From: Xylographa opegraphella
Lineage: Eukaryota
Direction: 5' to 3'
NCBI GenBank assembly: GCA_022813865.1
Contig: JALDZX010000013.1
Location: 124,001 to 188,000 of the forward strand
DNA: 64,000 nt
The notes below the pieces were generated by a model. The model did not search any database and was not told the DNA's origin. It saw nothing but the letters and a program-made list of their open reading frames with translations. Positions 36,530-48,012 of this stretch are shown in pieces. The position numbers were made by a program, and so were the translations under genes. How positions within the stretch are numbered: position 1 is the first letter of the stretch; the number at the start of each line of letters is the position of its first letter.

Positions 36530-38788
36530 TCATAGCTTCGAAGGGGTGTGTGCTGTCGCGGATTTTGTGGGTGAAGACCTTGCGATGGACGATTTCGAAG
36601 GGGAGGACTTTGCATCAACCTTGCAAGCTTGAGCTGGCTCTAAGCATGTATCAATTTTGACACCAGCTACATCATCTCCACTATTGGTCGAGGGACTCGA
36701 ATCGCAACATTCCTGGTTCGTACGTTTCGCAAGAGCCGCCACACTGGGACTCTCAATCTTGATCCGTGAACTGGAACGACCTGTATTAGCCATGATGTTC
36801 TCATTCTTCGGTAGGAAGCCAGAGAGTGTAGAAGCCATCTGCGTGGGAAACGCTCCGGCTGCCTGAGTGTAGGCCGGGTATCTGATGCAATGGTTAACCG
36901 GATACAATAGCTGACAGTATATCAGAAGACTTACAAAGGAGAGATCGCAGTCTGAGCCGGCCAGAAACCTGCCTGACTTACAACACGAGGTTGCAGAGGG
37001 CTTGCAAAGGTGGCTGCTGCTGGTGAGGCTACATAAGGAGAGCCAATACCAAAAACGGAGGCGTTGTATTCGTTCGTCTTGAACTGACGACGCTCCGCAG
37101 TTTCGTTCTTGAGCTGCTTCTGTTTTTCGGTATCGGAGTAGCGTATACTAAGTACATGACCTTCATTGCCGATTGCTTTCCCATTGTAGCTCTGAATGAT
37201 CTGGTCGCAGATCTCTGGGGTTGCAAAGCTGATAGAGTGGTAAGTAAATGGCCAAATATGTAGAATCTGTAATCATAGTCTGGATGCCATACCGTGCGAA
37301 GCCAACACCACGACTCAGCCCATTTTGATCACGTAGAATCTTCGCCGATATGCAATCATAGCTAATGAAGATTGCTTTCAAGGTCTAAGGTTGTGTCAGT
37401 GAGAATTGGACATGTATCAACATGTCGAGTACCTACGGCTTCATTGAAGGTAAGTGGTAAGTTTGCGACATAGAGATTGGTATTCTCATTGTCTCCAAGG
37501 GTCTTCAATTTCTCATTGTGAGAGATCTGCATCACAAGTTAATGAATAGCCAGAGTCTATAGAGGAGACGAGGCAGTTACTTACCCTAGCCCATTTCGCT
37601 TCATAACCCCAGTGGAAGAAACCACGAATACAGTTTTCGCCGTCTACATAGTTGTGGTATTTGATGAAACCGAACCTACCAAATATAAGTAAGCGACGAT
37701 AGGGACGACGTGAAGATTAAGGAGATATGGATCAGTACGTACCCTTTACAGAGTCCAGTATGCTGATCTAGCATCGATTTTGCACTAACAATGTCCCCAA
37801 AACGAGATCCATAAGCGTGCAGCATCTCGTCCGTAGTGTCGGGTCTCAGGCCACGAATATAGACATTGGTAGTATCAAGGATGTTATGAAGGCTTTTTTC
37901 AAGAGTACCGCGGGCTTTCTCACCACTGAATATTGCCGGTACTGGGCTTGGAATCGGGGGGTCTTGCTGACACAATGCGTCAAGATCACAGAATGTGTAC
38001 TGGCCATCCGGAGTTTTTGCAAGGGGCTGAGGGTAGAATGGCTGTCCAAGCTGCTCAGGCGAAGGAGTAGTCCATGTCTGAGGTGAGTTTCCAGTGATAG
38101 ATACCCTTGGTTGGTAGCTACCAACCCTGCTTTGAGCTGCAAAGAATGGCGTGTGTGGTCCATTCTCCTCATTCGACGAGAATGAATTACGTCGAGCAGC
38201 CGATAATTCCGGCAAATCCCGTGGGAAATGCTGAGTTCCATTCCAAGCATGTGTCTGAGTGATGTTCGGCACACTCTGGCCAACATGATAGCTTGCCTGC
38301 TGGAGGTACTGAGCCTGAGCTGGGGTCACACTGAAGGCTCCAGCACTCTGCTGGTAGTTACCAAGAGAGCCACTCACTCCCGAGACAAATATACGACCGT
38401 CAGGATTTTGATAATACCATGTCCCATTTGACTGACCACAAGACACAGCAGGGACAATGCCAAAGTTTGTCGGCATGCCATTATTGACGACTTTACCAGT
38501 ATTGGCGTTCCCAAGACCTTGAAGGCTGATTCCACCAAATGCATTGGCCAAACTGTCCATCTGACCATGAAGGCCAATCTGACCGTTCGTAGTCTTGAAT
38601 TGTGCCTGGCTATTCTGTTGCTGGGTATCCATAAGCTGAGCATTTGCAATTTGAGAGTTCATAAGCTGAGTATAGTTGGACTCCTGCGTGTTGTACTGTC
38701 CTTGGCTGTGAGGAATATGTGCGTAGGCATTGTGATTAGGCATGATCCCAGCGCCGAGGCCGTTAGTAGAGTTCAAACGTGGATCCAT
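36530..38788 (-). CDS. Tandem-RRM RNA-binding protein, Spo5/RBMS(MSSP)-like
   Basis: RRM1 TNVYIRGL..CKGFGFIKY and RRM2 TNLYVANLP..SRGVGFARF, with a Q/N/G-rich N-terminus. 6 exons reconstructed with GT-AG introns. Confidence 0.85.
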
Positions 38789-41700
38789 TTAGCTAGTTAA
38801 TTGACCAGCTGCTTGATCTAAATGAATGGAGTGTAAGTCCAAAGCGATTGGATAAAGCAAAAGATGACGGATGTGACGGGCATGAAACTGCTTGGAGGTC
38901 ACTGTTCAAGAGTGGCATGACGGGAAGTGAAACGGTAGATACGCTTTGTGAGTTGGGAAGATGACCTATCGAGCTGTTGTCTAGAATATTTGTTGTGAGG
39001 TTGTAAATATTGTGGGGTTGAAATTGATGTGTTGATGAGGAACACCTTGCAAATGCAGTGTTGTAAAACGGATCTTGCCAATATGATAGAGACAGAACTC
39101 ACATCGACAGTTATTAGCAGTGTATATCTTCATCAAGGGTTTCTAGGTAAGGTCAGATCATCGAGCTTGATGCAAAGTTGATCGAGATGTTCAGCTTACG
39201 AGAAGCTCAGAGACCGATGTTTGCGAGACTGTGGAGGATGCCGGTCGTTCCAATAGCTATAGACACACCCTTATCAGCTGAAAGTATTGTCAAGTGAATG
39301 TGTCAAGATGATTGAAAACTCACAGTTCGTTGTAGTATTACAAAGTCAACAAGGTGAAGCAAGCTCGTATGGTACGAACAAAGGGTACTACGTAGTGACA
39401 AAGATGGGGAGACAAGCACTTTGCAAGTATGTGGTGGTATTGCAAAAGGCTGCTGGAAAAGAAGTGAGGAGATGATCGTGGGAAAGAGAGAAGTGCTTGA
39501 GTTGGAGGGGGCGTGATGAAATAGGTTGCTGAGGCGCTAAAGCTGGTTTAGGGCACAACACATAAGAGGAAAGAACGTCCCAAACACCAAAATCGGCAAC
39601 CACGATCAGGGCACGAAGTCCTTAAGAACAACTGAGGGTGGCAGGAACGTTATGAGAGCACATCCAGATAGTGGCATACACCACTATGCCACTGAGCGAG
39701 TGATTCCACACAAAGCCATGCTGATGACGAGCTCAGGGCCGAGGTGATCCTTTATAAACGCCCAAGAGAAGTGAAACCTTCTGCACCCACTTGCACAAAA
39801 TAGCGAATATATCAACAGGGGGCATAGTGGTACTCATACATTCAACTGACACAAGGCAGATCTACGGCTCACACAGACGCATTACATCCGTCTGCTCCCA
39901 GTCTTCGATGCCGCTGGCGATTGATGGCTGTGATCTCGCAAGCCACAACGCTTTTGGGTGGAAGTGACATGTCTGTTTCCTGCGATGACGTTTAACGCCC
40001 GCACCGAAGCCCTTACATGTTGAGAGCTCCATCGTGCGTTCTCGCGACCAATACCGATCAAGCTCTTTACTATTTGAAAAAGACCACACAGCGGACTCCT
40101 CCGACACAGTGCATGGAAAGAAAGATATGCTCGGCCCAGCCTAACTAGCAAAAACAACAAGATCAGACGATCAGAATGGACGCACATGAAGCGGAGAGTG
40201 AACCAGAAATGCTATTACAGAATGATGGTAGAGATAGTTCTTAACAGTATAATACAGTACTTGATGAGATCTCGAATCGGGAGCACGAGTCGATCGCGAT
40301 CAGACATGCTCGGTGCAGTGTCACACAAAAGCGTCTTGAGTCCGGAGCAGTTCGCAGTACAGTGATTTCGTCGTTTGCTCGTCGGGAATGTCTCCCTTGC
40401 TGCCGTTCGCACAACAACAAGCCACACAGGATCCCTTTTCGAGGGCACACCCACAGCAAACACGTGGCACGGTGCATCAGCTTCGTCAATGGTGTTGACT
40501 CGACCTCATTTGCCGCGCAAAGGACTTCCTGGCCATTCTATGCGGCTATGCACAGGATCTGGACCCAGTGCCGCGACCTTCGTTTGTTTTCACACACACA
40601 CCTCGGAATCTCAACAGGCCAGTAACGGGTCGGAAGTGAGAGATTACATATCCGTAGGCAGGGAAATCGTCTGATGTCGTGACAAGCCAATCGGCGTTGG
40701 TGGGGCAAGGTGTATAGCCTGTCACAGTTTCATCCAACACCACACCCACCGTAGAGTCATGTATCAGGTAAGGACGACTTCTCTTTCAGATGTGTGCGAG
40801 TACTCTCTCCGACGAGGAACACTAAGCTCCTAGAGGTAAGTAAGTACTCGGCTAGGACTAGACGACCCGGAGCCGAGCTTAGCCTAGAATGAAGATATAT
40901 ACCACACAGTAATCAATTGCCAGCAATCGTCTGACGGTTCGCTATCAGATATACGTTGATTGATCTATACTTTCTGCAACCTGACTGATAGACCGCTCGT
41001 CGCTTGCGATCTATTATGCCGCTTTATGCCCACCGGCAAGAATTTCTACGATTTAGTCACACTCTTCCAAGTTCTGATAATAACCGCCTGATCGGGCATG
41101 GTGCATACCGCTGTTTCAAAGCTTTGACCTTCTCCTTGTAGGCTGTCGGTGCGCCTTAACATGCGGTAATCGCTGTGGCTAGCGCGTTTATCTGCGGCCT
41201 CATGCAAGGCTGGTCGGAGAAGACCCTGGAAGAATGCAACCAGTGGTTGTGAAGCCGCTGTGATTGATCTATCAAAGGATAGTAAGGGATGCAGGACTAC
41301 AACGGAGATCTCCCGCTGCGATTCAGATTATATGTGCCAAGTACATGGATCGTTGGACGCTGTCAACCGATGGGCATGAGATCGCCATGTTGTCAGGATA
41401 TCGCAGAAGTTCTCTTGCTCGTTGGGGCTGCGCTATTTACTCACAGCCTGGCTCTAACAACTATGATGGTAGTTCCAATCTGCTCTGTATACGGGCTATG
41501 GACTGCAGCGGCACGGATGACAAGAAGGTCCAGGTCGCTGATGAAGCGAATCATTCCCGCATACATCACGAGTACTATCACTCTGCCCATTGGGAGAATC
41601 ATTTCCATGTCTATAACTCCGCCCAGTGATTCATACTCACCGCATGTGCCTGGTTCTTCACTTTTCGAGTGCACCGAATTTCGAGCTCCTGATCGGTACC

Positions 41701-42224
41701 AACGCTGTATTATAGATAGTAATAATGATAGCTCAACTGGTGGGCAATTCTACGCGTCTAACAAAGTTCTCCCAACGTCTGGTGCCCCTACACAGATCTA
41801 CGTTGACAGGCACAAGGCCTGTTAACATGATGCTGGGCTGCTCTTGCCGAACCGTGACACAGTCTGACGCAGAGAAGAGGCGATGAGGAGATGTGAATTA
41901 TGAAAAATTGACAGGGAAGGAAGATGGGTTATGGCGTTGATACACACAGCACTGATCATCTCGGGTGATCAATTTCGACACGGTATATTAGCTGGACAGA
42001 CTTTCTAATACGGTCACAGACATCTTTTAAGCACAATTCCTCATCAAGCTGATAGACGGTTACTATACGCGTTACTTTTATGGATATAACGATCCGGGAT
42101 GCATACGAGAGCCTTCATCCATGATCCTACATACCGTACAGCCTGCCTTTCCCTCTGCAATATTTTCAAGTATTTGCCAACTCCTACACCGTGTCCATGC
42201 ACTGCCACCCGTGCTTAATCTTCA

Positions 42225-42943
42225 TCAACCATTGATGTTTATCCCCGTCTCCACCTCCGTCGGCCGTCCATATTCTCTCCAACTGGGCCTCCATATTAAT
42301 TTCCCTTCCAATAGAGCCTTTGCTTGCTCGGCCATCGACTTCCGATCCGCAGGCGGCAATTTAGCCGCGTCGGCCCCAAATTTGTCATTCTCTTCCTCTT
42401 GCGCTCTCTGGGCGGCCTCCCAGGCTTTCTTGTCCCACCTATCCAGAACAGAAGCATCAGCAAAACTCCTCAAAAATTGAATCATCAATAGCCCTCCCGC
42501 GCAAGACTCTCAAAAAGCCCCAGAAAGAAGGTTCCCACTCACGGCTCCAAGTCTTCCTCCTCCTTCGGCCACACAAACGGTCCTCCACTCATACCCTCCA
42601 CCTTTCCCATCTCCACCGTCATCTTCTTAATACTTCTCGCTCTGTACCACCGCCGCGGCCGCGGTAGCTTGGCATTCGGCTTGTCCTGCCGCACGCGCTG
42701 CTGCTGGATGAAACTCCGGACGCTGAGCACAGGGATGTTGTATACATTGTAGAGGTAGTCTTTCAGGTCGAGCTTGTTGAACGAGAGGGGGACGAGGAAA
42801 GATGCTATCGTCGGGGGAAGATGCGGTGTGCGGATGAGGGTGAGTGTGAAGCTTGGCAGATAGACGGGTTTGCGGCCGCGAGGGGGGCGGAACGCGGTGG
42901 GTCGGAGGGGGCCTAGGAGGAGGGACTTTGGTGGGCTCGGCAT
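42225..42943 (-). CDS. MRP20: Mitochondrial ribosomal protein uL23m
   Basis: VYLPSFTLTLIRT..FLVPLSFNKLDLKDYLYNVYNI..SVRSFIQQ..KKMTVEM..PFVWP..|WDKK. One intron of about 100 nt. Confidence 0.9.
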
Positions 42944-43332
42944 GCTGGCAGATGAAGATTGAGGGGCGGAGGGGATGTTCAACTGAAGAGTACTGTGAGC
43001 ATGGGAAATGGATGATGTTGATGCTCCCAAAGAATCGTAGATTGAGTTTGCACTGTTTGCTTAGTTGTTGAGCTTTAGCCGTACATACTCGCTTAACCGA
43101 GCCCATTGTCTGGAATATGCAAATTCAGCCTTACATTTCTCATCCGATCATCATTATTTCTTCACGAAAGATTCGGCGGGCATTAATCTGTGGTGTTTCT
43201 CTCCAAGCTTGTTATGATAGAATCGCCTTCTGTTTGTGTTCAATTCAATTTGTGTAATTTGTTGAAACGTACTTTCTCTCTTCTTGTTTGTGCTCATGTG
43301 CATAACTTTCCAAGGAAGATCGTTCCACAATT

Positions 43333-45724
43333 ATGGCGGACATGATGGAAGTCGATATGCCAGAACCATCAAGAGGTCTCAAAAGAAAAGCTGATGATTC
43401 CCGTACTTTGACTGAGGCTCCGAAGCGGATCAAGGCATGAACTAGACTGGCTTTCGGATATGGCTTAGGCTGATCTCTGTTTTAAGCCTCTCGACCAAGA
43501 TGTCGTCAACAAGATTGCGGCCGGCGAAATCATCGTTGCACCTATGCATGCATTGAAAGAGCTAATTGAAAACGCTGTCGATGCTGGCTCTACTTCATTA
43601 GAGATTGTGGTCAAAGACGGGGGTCTCAAGCTGCTGCAAATAACCGATAATGGTCATGGCATAAACGTAAGCCTTTCTTGTTGATCCCCAAGCCTCTGTC
43701 ATATCTGACACAGTACGAAAAGAAAGACGATCTGCCAATCCTTTGCGAGCGATTTACCACCTCCAAACTGAAGGCGTTCGAAGATCTGACGTCGATTGGC
43801 ACTTATGGGTTTCGTGGTGAAGCATTAGCTAGCATCAGTCATATTGCCCATCTCACTGTCACTACCAAGACAGCGGAATCCAGTTGTGCATATCGTGCAC
43901 ACTATGCTGATGGGAAACTTGTCCCTGCAAAGCCTGGGAAATCCGCAGATCCGACACCATGCGCCGGTCGTGGAGGAACTCAAATTACGGTAAGCTTCGA
44001 ACGCATACTGCGGACCTATCTCATGAATTCTTTAGGTTGAAGATCTCTTCTACAATATCAGACAGCGGCAGAAGGCTTTCAAGTCTCACAGCGAGGAATA
44101 CGCGAAGATACTTGATGTGGTTGGTCGATATGCCGTACATTGCCAAGGCGTTGCCTTTTCCTCCAAAAAGCATGGAGACTCGGCGATGGGCATATCTGTC
44201 CCATCTAATGCAACAACTGTTGACAGAATTCGCCAGATTTATGGGACTGCAGTGGCCAATGAACTCATCGAATTTGATGTTAGTGATGACCGACTTGGCT
44301 TCAAAGCCTCGGGCTGGACAAGTAACGCCAACTACCACGTCAAGAAGACTGCCATTTTACTCTTTATCAATCACCGCTCCGTAGAGTCATCAGCCATCAA
44401 GCAAGCAATACAGCGCATGTACTCTACGTTCTTGCCCAAAGGTGGCCACCCTTTCATCTATTTGTCCCTGGACATCGAACCTCAACGCGTGGACGTCAAC
44501 GTACACCCAACGAAACGCGAAGTCAATTTTCTGAACGAAGACGAGATAATCGAGGTTATAACTAATACTATTGCTACCCAATTATCCAAAGTTGATACCA
44601 GCCGTACATTTATGACCCAATCTCTGCTACCCGGCACAAAAGTGGCCACGATTTCTACTTCAGCCACAACAGCTTCCCGTACTCCCAATACTCCTTCGGT
44701 CACCAAAGCCCGTAATGAATCTTCTCTTGTTCGCACAGACCCTTCTGTCCGCAAAATTACCTCGATGCTACCACCATCTGCTACGAACCTTGATACCGCA
44801 TTATCTTCTCATCTTGATCCAATCTACACCCTCGATACCGCACGGGAACCCATAAGCTGCCGCCTCACAACAGTCAAAGAGCTCAGGGCAGCCGTCCGTG
44901 CCGAAATGCACTCCAATCTCACTGAAGTGTTTGCGTCTCACACCTACGTCGGTCTTGTTGATTCATTCCGCCGCATTGTCGCCATTCAATCAGGAGTTAA
45001 GCTCTATCTTATCGATTACGGCAAAATCTGCAACGAATACTTTTACCAAGTCGGGCTGACAGATTTTGCGAACTTTGGCAGCATTACATTTGAGCCCCCT
45101 CTAGATATTGACAGCCTCGTCCGTTCAGCCGTGGAGATCGAACGGCGTAATCCTCCCGAAGACCAATCTCAAGTCGACGACGGAGCCATTTCCTGGGAGA
45201 CCATTCCCAAAATCGTCACTCAGCAGCTCATACAGCGGAGAGAGATGCTCAGTGAGTACTTTTGCCTTGACATTTCCGAAGAAGGGCAATTACTCGGGAT
45301 CCCACTGTTAGTGAAGGGCTACCTTCCATCGCTTGCGAAACTCCCTCGGTTTCTCATGCGGCTCGGTCCCTGCGTGGATTGGACGGACGAGCAGAAATGC
45401 TTTGAAACATTTCTCGGCGAGCTTGCCAGCTTTTACGCACCGGAGCAGCTACCGAATGAAGAATGTCTATCAAAGGGGAAAGGCAAGTCAGCCGACACTG
45501 CAAGTGAACCAGTAGTAGCAGAGGCACGGTTGCCTGCAGAGACAAGCGATACATCAAAGGAGAACGACGGGCTGGTGCTCCGCAGAGAACAGCTAGCGCG
45601 TATGTTAGAACACATTCTCTTCCCTGCTTTTCGAGCTCGCTTGGTAGCCACGAAAGATTTACTGCAAGGAGTCACCGAGGTTGCGGACTTGAAGGGCTTA
45701 TATAGGGTATTCGAGCGTTGCTAG
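43333..45724 (+). CDS. MLH1: DNA mismatch repair protein Mlh1
   Basis: [56 protein letters not shown], and the C-terminal LYRVFERC. 3 introns. Confidence 0.98.
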
Positions 45725-46352
45725 GTCATCATTTGGGTGGATTAGCGAAAGGGTTGGAAGCCTGTAGCCGAGTAGCATTTGTTGGAGGTACAGGCTATTC
45801 CGTCTAAGCGCCATATAATGGTTGTGTCTGGATTCACTATAGGTAGAGCTATTGCAACATCTCTGTGGCCTTTGTTCCATATTCTAGCTATCTAAAAAGG
45901 GTTTTCCTTTCAAGTGTTTAGATCTTTGTTTTCCAGTATTTCATTTATCCTTGGCTTGATTTTAGAGTAGCTGGCCTCGTGCTGGCGGCGAAGCCGATTC
46001 AGCTGAAAGACCATAGCCCGACTCTGGTAAATTGACCAGGACTAGTTAAAGAGGTTTATATCGGGTTACTATGCTGTCACATACGACTGGACGATCTTGG
46101 AACGACTGGATCATTTGAGGGAGCAGAGAGGGCGAAAGTTAATATACCCGCCGGAGTGGATATATCTGAACGGGGCGTGAAAATAACGTAACCCCAAGGT
46201 AACATAGTGCAGACTTTGTACTCGAACCCCACCTTGTCTCCAGCTTTCTCCTTCTGCCAGACCATGTTCCGAAGAGAGATATATTTTCTACTACTGCGAG
46301 TCCTCTTCTGCCAGTCTAAAGCAAGTTTTACTCTGTAAAAACTAAGGTAATC

Positions 46353-47257
46353 ATGTCTCCCATTGACTACCCACCAGTTGAAGTCTTGGAGCCCAGCGAG
46401 ACACATACAGCAACCGCGCTCATCATCCATGGCATGGGCGATACCGGTCAAGCCTGGTAAGAAGGGTGCAGGCCTTCAAAAGCAATTTCTAGCTCATCGT
46501 TACAGGAAGAATCTGGTCACGGAATGGAACTGGCCCGCTCGTTTCCCCCACATCCGATTCATCTTCCCGAGTGCACCGGTGCTGGACCTCACACTGGTAG
46601 GGCGGAGCGTGCACTCTTCGGCCTTACACAATACTGAATGCCTCCATCGCAGGTGCCCGGCTCTCGAATGTCGAGCTGGTTTGACGTCTTGACCACCAAC
46701 GATGTGCGTGGAGGAACCCACGACGAGGCTGGCATGGCTCGCTCTCGGCTGTACCTCCAGTCTCTGATCGAGCGGGAGATCGAAGCCGGGATCCCACCGT
46801 CGCGCATCGTTCTCGGCGGGTTCTCCCAGGGTGGCGCTATTTCTCTACTGACCGGTATTTCCTTACCGTTTGCATTGCGGGGAGTGTTCTCGCTGTGCGG
46901 ATATCTACCTATGATACCGCGAGTGCTGGCCCTGTCGGAAACGGAACTGATGCCGGCACACCTACGGCAAGACCTGGCTATCTTCGTGGGCAACGGGACG
47001 AATGATCCGAAGATCAAACACCCGTGGGGTCAATGGAGTGCCAAGGCTCTGGTGACCATGGGTTACAAGGTAGACTTTCGTTCATATCTGTAAGTAGGAC
47101 GTATGATGGCCCGAGGAGTGCGGCAGGCGAGGTAACTGACCGAGCTCATAGACGCAGGGGACATCGCATGCACCCACCGATTCTGGCAAATATCGCCCAA
47201 TGGATCGATCTACGTATTCCGCTTGATGAAGAGTGGGCCGATGTTATGTTTTCGTGA
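46353..47257 (+). CDS. Phospholipase/carboxylesterase (acyl-protein thioesterase 1-like), divergent
   Basis: HTATALIIHGMGDTG, RFIFPSAP, MSSWFD, GIPPSRIVLGGFSQGGA (nucleophile), GTND (acid) and GH (His). 3 introns. Confidence 0.85.
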
Positions 47258-47397
47258 TACCAAGGCTACGCACTACCACAGGAAGCAGTGGAAGCAATAT
47301 TTGATTCAAAGCAGATAGTGACTGAGCAATTTGTATCATCTGAGAGTTTCCGAGCCCGAAGTCGAGGATGTCACTATCAAGGCATACAGAACCCGGC

Positions 47398-48012
47398 CTA
47401 CAAAATCACACAAGCCCCCTGCTGATGAGCCTGCACCGTGCCTGCCACGATGCAAAAGGCATCCTTGGACAGCGTCATCACAGCGCCCACGGCTCCGTGC
47501 GGCCCCAGGTTCTGCGCCACCCACTCGGCGTTTGTGTTTTCCACCCCGCACGACGGGTCGACGTGCAGCGTCATCATCTTGCTCACCGGCGCGCTCGAGC
47601 CCACGGTCGCGATCTGGTCGGTGAGCGTCTGATCGGCCTGGTCGACGGTGTCGGCGTCGACGTGGACGGTGCTGTGGGGCAGGCCGAGGGCGAAACAGAG
47701 GGACAGTTGGCCGTTGATGGTGTTGATCTCCTGCTGGATGGAGCACGAGGAGGTGGAGTAGTCGCCGTTTGCGTCGGGGAGATCGGCGTCGAGGACGGTG
47801 CCGTTGTCGGCGAGGGCGACGTTTCGGGCCTGAGCGGAGAAGCCGGTCGCGCCCAGCGAGAGGGCGCCGTTGACGTTGCCGATGATGGAGTCGAGGTTGA
47901 TGGAGGCCGTTTGGGTTCGATTCTGGTTGTCGGCGGCGGTGATGTGGAGGATGTGGTTGTCTTCGAGGGTCGTGTCCGTGATTTTGCAATCGGAAATTTC
48001 GGGTTGAGGCAT
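47398..48012 (-). CDS. CVNH (cyanovirin-N homologue) lectin-domain protein with C-terminal extension ending in CaaX (CVIL)
   Basis: Two CVNH half-repeats: LEDNHILH..ASINLDSIIGNVNGAL..GFSAQARNVAL..GTVLDADLPDANG..INTINGQL. No signal peptide. Confidence 0.8.
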   Translation of the reverse strand: MPQPEISDCKITDTTLEDNHILHITAADNQNRTQTASINLDSIIGNVNGALSLGATGFSAQARNVALADNGTVLDADLPDANGDYSTSSCSIQQEINTINGQLSLCFALGLPHSTVHVDADTVDQADQTLTDQIATVGSSAPVSKMMTLHVDPSCGVENTNAEWVAQNLGPHGAVGAVMTLSKDAFCIVAGTVQAHQQGACVIL

